This document shows positions 11,361 through 20,396 of a stretch of DNA of 64,000 bases, piece by piece. The stretch lies in the IMG/VR virus record IMGVR_UViG_3300037478_000520, positions 1-64,000 of that record; one strand, given 5' to 3'. Origin of the DNA: a virus. The notes beneath the pieces are model-generated. The model did not search any database. It had not been told where the DNA came from and saw nothing but the letters and a program-made list of their open reading frames with translations. Position 1 is the stretch's first letter; every line of letters starts with the position of its first letter. The position numbers were made by a program, and so were the translations under genes.

Positions 11361-11575
11361 TTCGCTAACCCATACCTTTCAAGCAACACCTGCGCATCGA
11401 CCTCCGACAACGGCGTGTGCGCGTACAGATGAGCCCATGCCATGAACATGTCCATGTGTGAGAGCCCCCGAACGACCGCGTGTGCCTCGTGCGGAGGCAT
11501 GTGCCAGCGCTGGGCCAGTTCGCAGGCGATCGCGTGCTCGGGGCTGAGCGTGCCGGAAGCGACTAAAGCGGTCAC
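11357..11575 (-). CDS. hypothetical protein
   Basis: Coupled GTGA overlaps. Confidence 0.5.
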   Translation of the reverse strand: MTALVASGTLSPEHAIACELAQRWHMPPHEAHAVVRGLSHMDMFMAWAHLYAHTPLSEVDAQVLLERYGLAK

Positions 11576-12024
11576 AGACCAACCTCCTCAAGCAGGCCGG
11601 CGCACTTCGTGTAGGTGCGCCAGTCAGCACGTTCGTAGAACGCGATCTCTCTGCACGTGACAAGCTGTTCGCAGCTTCTAAGGGCCGACCGCTGTCCATC
11701 CTTCAGTGGAGGCAACCTGAGGCTATAGTGAGCGGCCGCAAACTGCCCGACGCGCATGCTGTTGATCGCAAGCATTTGCCGCGCGCGAACCTCTGAGAGG
11801 TCACACGGTTCGATCATATCGCCCACCGGCACGCCAAATCGGCTGACCATTACAGCTCCAGCCATGCACACCGCGCACTGCCCGGAAGCCTCCATGCGCA
11901 CCCAGGTCGACATGTTGAGCTTGAAGCCTTTCCTGCGGGCTAGTTTCTTCGAATCCTCAACGGCGACCCGAAGAAGCGCAGAAAGCTTATTTGGCAGCCT
12001 GATACCTTTCCCCGCTTCTTTCAT
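11572..12024 (-). CDS. hypothetical protein
   Basis: Coupled ORF with CAVCMAG motif. Confidence 0.6.
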   Translation of the reverse strand: MKEAGKGIRLPNKLSALLRVAVEDSKKLARRKGFKLNMSTWVRMEASGQCAVCMAGAVMVSRFGVPVGDMIEPCDLSEVRARQMLAINSMRVGQFAAAHYSLRLPPLKDGQRSALRSCEQLVTCREIAFYERADWRTYTKCAGLLEEVGL

Positions 12025-12260
12025 CGCCCAACCCTCCCAACCACTCGCTTTCCCATGATCTCGCCGGCCCGTGCCACATCTTCTGCACTCGCGTCTGCCA
12101 GCGGGATGAGACTCGCGATTCGCTGTGCTTTGAGGCGCTCCATAGCACTCCTCGCAAACGCTTCGGCTTCGCGTAGATCAGCGCGTGCTCGTGAGTTCTT
12201 GCGTGAAGGGGGAGGCGGCACGATCGAAGTCGGGATCTCTGAATAGGTAGCTTGCGTCAC
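12021..12260 (-). CDS. hypothetical protein
   Basis: Coupled ORF. Confidence 0.5.
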   Translation of the reverse strand: MTQATYSEIPTSIVPPPPSRKNSRARADLREAEAFARSAMERLKAQRIASLIPLADASAEDVARAGEIMGKRVVGRVGR

Positions 12261-12526
12261 GACTTCACCTCGAAGGACTCAAGCAGCTTGACCAGGCTCG
12301 CGCGCTGCCGTTCGATGCTTTCGAGCTTATTTAACACCCGCGCGCGGGCGTTCATGACGGCGTCCTCGCGCCTGACGAAGGCGTCTCGGTTGAGTCTTAA
12401 GAAAAAATCGGAGCGGAATCTGTTGGCAGGCACGACGTAGCGATCGTCGGTGACAATTCCGCGCACGACACCGATTCCCTCGGTGATCACACGATTCGTG
12501 ACGTGGTAGTCCTTCTCCTCGCTCAT
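12257..12526 (-). CDS. hypothetical protein
   Basis: Coupled ORF starting MSEEKDY. Confidence 0.55.
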   Translation of the reverse strand: MSEEKDYHVTNRVITEGIGVVRGIVTDDRYVVPANRFRSDFFLRLNRDAFVRREDAVMNARARVLNKLESIERQRASLVKLLESFEVKS

Positions 12527-12906
12527 GCCGTCACCCCGTCGCCTTTCTCCGCGTGCTTCTCCGCGATCAAGGCGTCGACCCTGGACACCAACTTCTCCAA
12601 ATCCGACTCCGCGGGGCATCGGTTGGAATGCATCAGCGAGAGTGCTTCCACCAACTTCGACTTCGCCCCGTCCATAGTCGCCGCGTGAGCCCGGACTTGG
12701 ACTCCGCACCCAGCGACCTGCATGCTGAGGTGGATCACGCGTCCCGTGTCTGGGTCGTCGGCGTCCGGATTCTCTTCGTGCCCGTATACGTGCCATTCGT
12801 CGTTGCCGTGGTCGGTTTCACAGACCCACATGGACACGAACGCCTCCCCGTCGTCGTCAATTCGGGCGCTTGAGTACACGCCAAGCTCGTTCATTGTCAC
12901 TGACAT
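12523..12906 (-). CDS. hypothetical protein
   Basis: Purine-rich RBS; acidic ORF. Confidence 0.55.
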   Translation of the reverse strand: MSVTMNELGVYSSARIDDDGEAFVSMWVCETDHGNDEWHVYGHEENPDADDPDTGRVIHLSMQVAGCGVQVRAHAATMDGAKSKLVEALSLMHSNRCPAESDLEKLVSRVDALIAEKHAEKGDGVTA

Positions 12907-12920
12907 AGCCTTCCTCCCTT

Positions 12921-13256
12921 TCATCGCAGTCTGACCGGACCATGCGCCCATTCGTGCGCCAGCTTGTCGTACTCGCCTGCATCCAAGCACTCGGCGCAGT
13001 AGCCGCCGTCTTCATCGATCGGCGCCTCACACGCCTGGCAAGGAAAGTGCTCGGGTTCGAGCAACTGCACTCGCTCGGTTGGCGGGAAAACGCCGATGTC
13101 TCCGGCTCGTGGAGACTGCAAGTAGACCGCCTCGATCCACCCAGCGAACAACTGCTCTGGATCGTCAGGCTCAGCCACAAACCCGGTGACAGCATACGTA
13201 ATGCCCCACCAAAGGAATCTGTCTCCGATGTGGAGTTCGCCAGCTTCGATGCTCAC
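12921..13256 (-). CDS. hypothetical protein with C-terminal zinc ribbon
   Basis: CQAC...CAEC; GGAGG RBS. Confidence 0.55.
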   Translation of the reverse strand: MSIEAGELHIGDRFLWWGITYAVTGFVAEPDDPEQLFAGWIEAVYLQSPRAGDIGVFPPTERVQLLEPEHFPCQACEAPIDEDGGYCAECLDAGEYDKLAHEWAHGPVRLR

Positions 13257-13522
13257 ATGGCCTCCAGGAGTGCCCGAACCGCTGCACACTTCGTGTTGTA
13301 GATCGACCCGCGCGCCGAGCCGCAGCACACAACCTTGCCGTGTCCGTCCTGCCACTCGTACGAGCCAGTGCGGCGGTCAGCGGTCCGGAAGAGCACTAGG
13401 TCAAGCCTAAAACGCTTGCGGACCTCGCTAATCTGATCGTCGACGTCGGGCGTGGAAGCGCTGGCGCGCAAACCGCCAGCGAGCAGGAAGGCGGCAGGGA
13501 TTCCTGTTCGACTACGGGTCAC
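13253..13522 (-). CDS. hypothetical protein
   Basis: Coupled ORF. Confidence 0.45.
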   Translation of the reverse strand: MTRSRTGIPAAFLLAGGLRASASTPDVDDQISEVRKRFRLDLVLFRTADRRTGSYEWQDGHGKVVCCGSARGSIYNTKCAAVRALLEAM

Positions 13523-13920
13523 GATGCACTCTCCTCGTCCTGCACATCGGACGCGCGAAGGCAGTCCCCGGTGTGCCCAAACGCCCGCATGCACCCGGGG
13601 TGCTGGCAGTCCCAGGAAACGCGCACCTTCACGCCGGCGGCTTCCAGTACGAGCACTGCCTCCTGCTCACGCCGCGTCGTGTGCCCGCCGCGCTCACGCG
13701 ACCGGAGGAGAACCCCCCCGGCCTCGGGTTCGATGTGCGGGAACGGTTGCGCCGCGAGTTCGCGCAGGTGTGCATCAACGCATTCGCGCGCCTCGCCCTC
13801 GTCGATCATATCCCAGCGCACGAGCTCGCCAGCAGCGCTGAACACAGCGCGTGCTGGCGCGGTGGTGATGGATCCGTCCGACTGGACGAATCGAGCGAAT
13901 TGGGTGACGTGCGGTTGCAT
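13519..13920 (-). CDS. hypothetical protein, first gene of the leftward operon
   Basis: GGGGAG RBS; directly downstream of the PL-like promoter. Confidence 0.6.
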   Translation of the reverse strand: MQPHVTQFARFVQSDGSITTAPARAVFSAAGELVRWDMIDEGEARECVDAHLRELAAQPFPHIEPEAGGVLLRSRERGGHTTRREQEAVLVLEAAGVKVRVSWDCQHPGCMRAFGHTGDCLRASDVQDEESAS

Positions 13921-13972
13921 GGTGCTCCCCCTTCGGGTGTCGCGAGCCGCTCTCCCAGCGACTCACAACTGC

Positions 13973-14001
13973 ACCATAGCGACTCACTACTGAGTACTCA
14001 A
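13973..14001 (-). promoter_or_regulatory. PL-like sigma70 promoter overlapped by the operator TGAGTACTCA
   Basis: Minus strand TTGAGT-N17-TATGGT; palindrome at 13991-14000; extra ACTCA/TGAGT half-sites nearby. Confidence 0.7.
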
Positions 14002-14357
14002 GCGTGAGTTGTCACTTTTGCGCTTTTTTTTGTTTGTCGTCCGTATTTCTTACGAAATCACAGTCGCGTTCTGCTCCTGAGAGTTCGCGACGGATCGCCG
14101 CGTAGACCTCCATTGGGTCTCCGGAGCCCCCCGACAGGTCCAGGCGCTGTAGCTGGGAGAGCTGCCACGACGTCGCTCGCTCAGCGTCGGCTGTTTCTAG
14201 ATAACGACCGAAAAGACCACCGCAAAATGCCTGCCCCATAGGTCGCAAACGTACCCGCGCGCAAGCGTTCAGTCATGCATTTTTCGCACGTAGGCGCATG
14301 TACGTATGGTGCTTTTGTAGCGCGCCTATTTCGCCTAGGTCACCCTACGGGGTGATA

Positions 14358-14840
14358 TCACGACCCATAGTGCCCGTGCAGGTGCGTGAATATGCCCCGG
14401 TACATCTCTTCCGGCAGGTGCGGATCGAGCGCTTCTAGGTTGCGAAACACCCGCCTGTCGACCGTGTCCCCGTACGGCTGGCGGTCGAGCCAAGCCAGAA
14501 ACCGCAGGTAGCCGTCTCCCATCTCTGATGGATCGCGCGCACCCCCAGCGTCGATCTCATCGAGGGAGACGTCGTAGAGGGCTGCAAGCGCCTTCATCTG
14601 GTCGCGAGCGATGGGCTGTCCGCGCTCATAGCGAGCGACCGAAGCGCGAGACAAAGGCAATCCTCGCTGGCGGGCATGTTCGCCTACCTGGTCTTGCGTC
14701 CACCCTCGGGCATCCCGCAAATTGCGCAGCCGTGCGCCTCGCTGCTTGTCTAACTCGTCGGGCATTTGCGCAATAATGTCGCTGCTATCATTGCCAGCGC
14801 AATGATCAGTTCTGCGCCCGCTGTCATCTTCCGCTTGCAT
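14358..14840 (-). CDS. CI-like XRE HTH repressor (true start may be 14765)
   Basis: GARLRNLRDARGWTQDQVG...SRASVARYERG; divergent from a cro-like gene. Confidence 0.88.
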   Translation of the reverse strand: MQAEDDSGRRTDHCAGNDSSDIIAQMPDELDKQRGARLRNLRDARGWTQDQVGEHARQRGLPLSRASVARYERGQPIARDQMKALAALYDVSLDEIDAGGARDPSEMGDGYLRFLAWLDRQPYGDTVDRRVFRNLEALDPHLPEEMYRGIFTHLHGHYGS

Positions 14841-14852
14841 GTTCGCTCAGAA

Positions 14853-14864
14853 CTGAGTACTCAG
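14853..14864. promoter_or_regulatory. operator palindrome CTGAGTACTCAG between cI and cro
   Basis: Perfect 12-bp palindrome with the same core as 13991-14000. Confidence 0.75.
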
Positions 14865-14871
14865 CAGTGAT

Positions 14872-15099
14872 ATGTCAAGACTGCGTGAGGCGCGTCTGGC
14901 GCGTGGGTGGTCGCGAGACAGGCTCGCGGCCGAATCAGGTGTTTCAAGAGCATCTATCCAGCGAGTGGAGACGGTAGGGGCGTCTTCGGTTTTGGTATCC
15001 ACCCTCGACGGGCTTGCCGGTGCGCTCGGGCTACGCACCGGCGATCTACTCGACGATCCGGTCAAGGCTGCAGACGCGGTGACCACCGGTGAGGCATAG
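14872..15099 (+). CDS. Cro-like XRE HTH regulator
   Basis: RLREARLARGWSRDRLAAESGVSRASIQRVE. Confidence 0.88.
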   Translation: MSRLREARLARGWSRDRLAAESGVSRASIQRVETVGASSVLVSTLDGLAGALGLRTGDLLDDPVKAADAVTTGEA

Positions 15100-15219
15100 C
15101 CTTGCCTACCCCTGCACACAACGTCTTTTGCGCTGGATCAAGTGATTTTGTTCGATCGCTCGTAATCCGTTCAGAGCCGAGATCGGTTACAGAAACTGTT
15201 CGTCGCTTGGCGGTGAAAA

Positions 15220-15474
15220 ATGTCTGATTTCGTAAGGTTGACTGACTCGGTCATCGCGGCATGGGGACACAGCGCCAGCGGCCCAGACTGGGCGAACCAA
15301 CTCGTGGTGGTGCTCGTCCAAAGCGAGGACGGCAACCTGCGGCTCGAGTATCTCCCGCCGAACGAGTTGGGGCTGAAAGTCAACCTGGCGCTGTTTGAGG
15401 TCAGCGAATCGGTCAACAAAGCGCTCTCCCGTGCGGCGACACAAGCGTTGGAGGCGCGGGCAAAAAATGGGTGA
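15220..15474 (+). CDS. hypothetical protein
   Basis: ORF in rightward operon. Confidence 0.55.
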   Translation: MSDFVRLTDSVIAAWGHSASGPDWANQLVVVLVQSEDGNLRLEYLPPNELGLKVNLALFEVSESVNKALSRAATQALEARAKNG

Positions 15475-15706
15475 TGCCGTGGGTAACGTTGCCTTTTGGG
15501 AGCGCCGACACGCGGACGCGCTGCTCGAGTGGTCGGATGCGCACCGCGTCGCGAATCTGCATGTCGACGACCGTGATCCACGACGTCGACAGCTTGCTCA
15601 AGCTCGACTGACCGCGGCGAACGCCCGGTGTGAGATCTGTCGACTCGAGTTGGCGTTGGCGAAGGGCCGGGAGAAGAAAGCGCCCAACACGAAGGTGGTG
15701 GGCTGA
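15467..15706 (+). CDS. hypothetical protein
   Basis: Coupled ORF. Confidence 0.5.
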   Translation: MGDAVGNVAFWERRHADALLEWSDAHRVANLHVDDRDPRRRQLAQARLTAANARCEICRLELALAKGREKKAPNTKVVG

Positions 15707-16054
15707 ATGTCTGCCGGCGGCTCCGAACTCGGCACACGGAGGGCGATGGCCGTGGCTGATATCGTAGGTGAGATTGCGGAGGAATGTCAGCTGCTGGGGC
15801 ATCGGCTGCGCGAGGCAAACGAGCGCGTTGAGTATGCTGACTGGCAGATTTCATGGCTGCCAGGTCATGCGCCCGATGTCGCGCGGGACTTGCTTGCTCG
15901 CCGGAAGGCGGAGCGCGACGCGATCCTCCACGAACTACGAAACGCCTGCCGTGACTTGGAGCTTTACCGGATGTGCCCGAAGTGCGGTCGGCTGTGCCGC
16001 CTCGACATTGGGCATCGGTGCTATGGGCGGAGAAATCTGGAGGTGAGCGCGTGA
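15707..16054 (+). CDS. hypothetical protein with C-terminal CPKC zinc motif
   Basis: Coupled ORF. Confidence 0.5.
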   Translation: MSAGGSELGTRRAMAVADIVGEIAEECQLLGHRLREANERVEYADWQISWLPGHAPDVARDLLARRKAERDAILHELRNACRDLELYRMCPKCGRLCRLDIGHRCYGRRNLEVSA

Positions 16055-16983
16055 CGGTGGTCGCTGGATACGAGGTGCATCCGGTGGCGGAGATCTTCCC
16101 GATGTTCGCGGCGTCGGACCTCGCGAATCTGGTGAACAGCATTCGCGAGAACGGCCTGATCCACCCGATAGTTCTCCGCGGCGGCAAGATTCTTGACGGG
16201 CGCAACCGGTTGCTCGCCTGCGAGAAGCTCGGGATCAAGCCCACGTTCTCCTATTACGACGGCGGGGATCCCGTGAAGTTCGTCGTGGCCCTCAACCGGG
16301 ACCGGCGGCAACTGACGCCGAGCCAACTCAGCGTGGTTGGCGCGAAGATCAAGAAGATATACGAGGCTGAGGCAAGGACTCGGCAGCGGGGCGGGCAAGG
16401 TGGCAGTTTGCTTCCGGCAAATTTGCCGGAAGCAAAAGGCGACGCCCGCGACAAAGCCGCCCAAGCCGTCAACGTCTCCGGCAGGTCGGTGAGCGATGCA
16501 GAGCGGGTGCTCAAGCACGGGTCTCCCGAGCTTGTGCAAGCCGTCGAATCTGGCGACGTCCGCGTTTCCGCCGCTGCTGAGATAGCCAACCTACCGAAGG
16601 ACCAGCAGCACGAGCTTGTCTCCCAGGGCAAGAAGGCGGTCCAGCAGAAGGCGAAGGAACTGCGTGAGGCGAAGCGCGCGCCGAAGGACGATTCGCCGCC
16701 CGACCCGGTTGGTGGTGACGCGCCACTTGCCCAAACCCAGCCGGAGATCGGCGAGGTGACGGACGGGGAAACTGACGAGGACTGCGAATACGATGATTGC
16801 CGTCACGGGTACGAGTTCGACGATCCTGAATACGCGTTGATGGCGATGAGCGCCTGCATCGACCGCTTCATGCGGATGTGGCCGCGCAGTGGAGAGGAGT
16901 TCATGGCGGACCTGCTGGCTTCATGCAGGCGAGCGGAGCAGTTCTTTGGTTTGGATCAGGAGGCATCAAATGGGACCGATTGA
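16051..16983 (+). CDS. ParB/Srx N-terminal domain protein with HTH
   Basis: HPVAEIFP...SIRENGLIHPIV...ILDGRNRLLAC...N..RRQL. Confidence 0.88.
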   Translation: MTVVAGYEVHPVAEIFPMFAASDLANLVNSIRENGLIHPIVLRGGKILDGRNRLLACEKLGIKPTFSYYDGGDPVKFVVALNRDRRQLTPSQLSVVGAKIKKIYEAEARTRQRGGQGGSLLPANLPEAKGDARDKAAQAVNVSGRSVSDAERVLKHGSPELVQAVESGDVRVSAAAEIANLPKDQQHELVSQGKKAVQQKAKELREAKRAPKDDSPPDPVGGDAPLAQTQPEIGEVTDGETDEDCEYDDCRHGYEFDDPEYALMAMSACIDRFMRMWPRSGEEFMADLLASCRRAEQFFGLDQEASNGTD

Positions 16984-18475
16984 GGGAGTCGCCGACAAAG
17001 ACCTAGCCCCGACGGCGCACGTGCTCAACAGCATCGCGAACGACAATCTCAGTTGGAAACTCGCGATCGGCGAACTGATCGACAATGCGATCGACGCGGA
17101 GGCCAAACAGATCACCATCGTCGTCGGACCCAACCGCAGAAGCGGGATTCCCGAGTTCTTCAGCGTCAAGGACGATGGGAAAGGCTGCGAAGACATCACG
17201 TCCATGGTGCAGATCGGGAGGCATGATGCGCACGATGCCTCGATCATGGGCCGCTTCGGAATCGGAGCCAAAAACGCGATGCTATGGATCGGCGGTACCG
17301 AGTCTCGTTCTCGGATTGTCACCCATCGGAAGGGGCGCAAGCAGAAACTAGACCTTCCGTGGAAGCAGTTTGGCGAGAGTCGATGGCACATCGATCCCAA
17401 CTGGACCTTTCAAGGTCCATCCGAGCCTGACGACCGAGGCACATCCATTCGGATATCGCCAATCCGGCGTCAGTTCCCGAGCGGGAGCGCATTGGCAAGT
17501 CTGATCGATGATCTCTCGTACATCTACTCCCCGGCGCTATTCCGTGAGTTCCAGATTCAGATATGCCCTCCAAGCAAGCGCCTTCGGGGGAAAGCCTCTG
17601 TGCCGAGCGACCCCATCGTTTTGCAGCCGTGGAAGTCGCCTGAGATCAAAGACGTCGTCAGGCAGACGGTCTCAGTGAGCGGAAAACTCGCCAAGGTGAC
17701 CGCTGGAATTCTGTGCCAGCCAAACAGAAGGACCGGGCTTACGTACACGCACGGCCCGAGGGTCATCAAGCCGTGTTCTGCGTTGGGTTGCGGCGCCAGG
17801 ACGTCGGCCGGTCAGATCTTCGGGTTTGTGGAACTGGACCGATCGTGGGAGCTGACCAAAAACAAAGACGAGATCAGTCAACACCAAGAGGAGCTAGCAG
17901 CAGCGGTCTATGAAGTCGTCTGTCCCATTCTCGACAAGACAGAGCAGGAATCGCGGCATCTCAAGAGCGAACATTTCCGAAGCGCCACGGCAGAACTGAT
18001 CAACGACTATCTCGGAATCACGGACGAGTCGCCGAACGCGAAGGCAGTGCGCGATGGTGAGAAAGGCTTGAACCCAGGCTCGATCAAGCCGAAGGGCACA
18101 TGCAGGAAGCACAAGAAGGCTCGCAAGATTCAGCCTGGCAAGACTTTCGCCGCACGACACCGTCAGCGAGGCCACGGGCGGGTCAACTTCGGGTTCTTCC
18201 GTACCGGAGACCCGAGTTCGTTTGGGCAGTACTCGGACAATTTGGCTCTCCTGAACCTGGATCATCCGAGGGTAAGACTCTGGCACGACAGCGAAAACAG
18301 TGAAGCGATGATGCTTGTGGTCGCGCACATGCTCCTTGAGCATGACCGCCTAGATGACAGTGGGCAGCGTCGAATCTTTGCTCTGGCGTCGGGCGACCTG
18401 CTCAAGGATATGGCGCAGATCATGGCGTCAATCGACCGTGGCGGCAGCGACGCTGTTCCCGAGGCCGCCGAATGA
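16970..18475 (+). CDS. GHKL (MORC/HATPase_c-like) ATPase
   Basis: AIGELIDNAIDA, DDGKG, GRFGIGAK, GT motifs. Confidence 0.85.
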   Translation: MGPIEGVADKDLAPTAHVLNSIANDNLSWKLAIGELIDNAIDAEAKQITIVVGPNRRSGIPEFFSVKDDGKGCEDITSMVQIGRHDAHDASIMGRFGIGAKNAMLWIGGTESRSRIVTHRKGRKQKLDLPWKQFGESRWHIDPNWTFQGPSEPDDRGTSIRISPIRRQFPSGSALASLIDDLSYIYSPALFREFQIQICPPSKRLRGKASVPSDPIVLQPWKSPEIKDVVRQTVSVSGKLAKVTAGILCQPNRRTGLTYTHGPRVIKPCSALGCGARTSAGQIFGFVELDRSWELTKNKDEISQHQEELAAAVYEVVCPILDKTEQESRHLKSEHFRSATAELINDYLGITDESPNAKAVRDGEKGLNPGSIKPKGTCRKHKKARKIQPGKTFAARHRQRGHGRVNFGFFRTGDPSSFGQYSDNLALLNLDHPRVRLWHDSENSEAMMLVVAHMLLEHDRLDDSGQRRIFALASGDLLKDMAQIMASIDRGGSDAVPEAAE

Positions 18476-18567
18476 CCCGCCGAAGCCCGGCCACAGCCCG
18501 AGTTGGAGGCACGCGCGGACCTGTCCGCCGCACTGTTGGCCGGAGAAGTTCCGCGCGACTCGACGCA

Positions 18568-18747
18568 ATGACCCCGTACTACCAAGACGACTGCGTCACG
18601 CTCTACCACGGCCGTTGGCAAGACGTCGTCGAAGCGTTCGATGCCCGCGCCGACCATGCCATCTGCGACCCGCCGTACTCGGAGCGGAGATTGGAAGGCG
18701 AATCGAAGCAAATCGATCTGTTCGGCGCAGTCAACGTGTCCCCGTGA
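18568..18747 (+). pseudogene. N-terminal fragment of an amino-DNA methyltransferase
   Basis: MTPYYQDDCVTLYHG...ICDPPY followed by a stop; no SAM-binding FxGxG motif. Confidence 0.65.
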
Positions 18748-18769
18748 TCTCCTGCTAGAAGGCATCCGG

Positions 18770-19294
18770 ATGAACGCTCCAAGAAATCAACTCGACAATC
18801 CGATCTTCATCGTTCTCGAGAGAGATGGTGGTTGGCTGTATGTCGCCGACATCGCTGGTCGGCTTGGGCTAGAGAGGCGCGAGCACAGCCGGATCATGGG
18901 CACGTTACGCCGTCTGCTTGCACACGGAGTGTTGGAGGCGGAGTACCGACGGATTGAGTCTGGCTCAGGCCGTCCGCGGCGCTACTTCCGCCACGTACCG
19001 GGCACAACGATCGATTATCTACCAGAGATTGACTATCGCTGGCTGGCGTCGGCCGCTATTGAGCGCGGCACAGATTTGGACCGCGAGATCGCGGACGTGC
19101 TTCGCGAGGACGGCGGGATGTGGACGGCGGCTGAGATCGCTGACTGGTTGTACCGCAAGTCGACTATCACAAACGTCAATCGGATTCGGTGTGGTGTCGT
19201 GTTGGACGATCTGGTTCGACTTGGATTGGTCGAGCGAGAATCCAGGTCGGCAGGCAACGCCTATGCGTGGAAGGACGGTGGCCATGTATCGTGA
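18770..19294 (+). CDS. tandem winged-helix DNA-binding protein
   Basis: Two wHTH-like segments (VADIAGRLG...GRPRRYF; TAAEIADWL...LVRLGLVE). Confidence 0.6.
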   Translation: MNAPRNQLDNPIFIVLERDGGWLYVADIAGRLGLERREHSRIMGTLRRLLAHGVLEAEYRRIESGSGRPRRYFRHVPGTTIDYLPEIDYRWLASAAIERGTDLDREIADVLREDGGMWTAAEIADWLYRKSTITNVNRIRCGVVLDDLVRLGLVERESRSAGNAYAWKDGGHVS

Positions 19295-19493
19295 TGCGCA
19301 GAAAAAGCTCGCACTCAGCGAAGACACACGGGCGAACAACGCCACGATCGATGCCTTCCACCAATGGGGATCGCTCATGCAGGAGGGCAAATGCGCGGAG
19401 GCTCGTCTGGTATTGAAAGCGGTCCCGTTGGTTGGGAGTCGTCGCCATGTAAGACATTCCACGCTAAACGCGACGATGGAGCAGCGACGATGA
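19284..19493 (+). CDS. hypothetical protein
   Basis: Coupled ORF. Confidence 0.45.
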   Translation: MYRDAQKKLALSEDTRANNATIDAFHQWGSLMQEGKCAEARLVLKAVPLVGSRRHVRHSTLNATMEQRR

Positions 19494-19708
19494 CTGACAA
19501 ATGTGACCGCGTGAATGTCCAACTTACCGCGAGTGCGGTGTGTCCGAGGTGCAAGGGGCGCGGCATCAAGACCGTGCGCGACTATCACGGCGAACTGCGG
19601 TTCGGCGGACCACCACAGCCACACACGGATAGCCTCGTCCTGTGTGATTGCGTCCAGGCCTCCTCTACGAGCATTCACCCCGGCGAGATTCTGGAGGCGA
19701 TGGAGTGA
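19490..19708 (+). CDS. small zinc-finger protein
   Basis: CPRCKGRG...CDC. Confidence 0.55.
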   Translation: MTDKCDRVNVQLTASAVCPRCKGRGIKTVRDYHGELRFGGPPQPHTDSLVLCDCVQASSTSIHPGEILEAME

Positions 19709-19875
19709 ACGACGACGAATACATGCACACGATCCTGCAACTGACGGTAGAGGAACGAAAGCTTGCCGTGCGAAAGGCGCTTGCCGATGCGCTTGAGGCC
19801 GAGGAGAGGCTCAAGACAGCGCGTGTAATCTATGCGGCGGCGGTGAAGCAAGTCGGGGATGTTCTAATCCGATGA
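19705..19875 (+). CDS. hypothetical protein
   Basis: Coupled ORF. Confidence 0.45.
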   Translation: MNDDEYMHTILQLTVEERKLAVRKALADALEAEERLKTARVIYAAAVKQVGDVLIR

Positions 19876-20396
19876 CCTATGTGCATGGCAAGTTGGTACG
19901 GATTGCTGGCGTGGATTGGGATTACTTTGTCCCAATGTTCCCGGCCGTATGCCGAATACAGTACTACGGATTAATGCACCTTGAGTCGGGAATCAGAGAG
20001 CGTCAAGAGCTGCTTCGACTTCCATCGGCAAACGCAAGCAACGACGAATGGCGTAAGGCACGCAGCGCAGTCTTTGGCTTGGTACCCGACAAATCACATA
20101 TAGGTCGATATCTGTGGAAGGGTTGTCTTAGGAATAGGTATAGCGACCGGTTCAAGGAATGGGACGAATGTTCGGGTTTGTCAGATCAAATTCGGGAGTG
20201 GGCATCGCGCGAACTGGACGCCCATTCGGCCGATGAGGATTGCCGTGACAACTGGCGCGTTGCTCGACTTGGGAACCGCAACCAGATGCGCCGATATAGA
20301 CGTCAGAAGGAAAACGGCTGCTGCGGCGAGGCCGAGTTCTTTTTGACTGGGCCAGACGGTCACAACTACGTGCTTGGATACAACTATGGACACTGA
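19872..20396 (+). CDS. hypothetical phage protein
   Basis: C-terminal DNWRVA...GCCG...GYNYGH. Confidence 0.6.
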   Translation: MTYVHGKLVRIAGVDWDYFVPMFPAVCRIQYYGLMHLESGIRERQELLRLPSANASNDEWRKARSAVFGLVPDKSHIGRYLWKGCLRNRYSDRFKEWDECSGLSDQIREWASRELDAHSADEDCRDNWRVARLGNRNQMRRYRRQKENGCCGEAEFFLTGPDGHNYVLGYNYGH

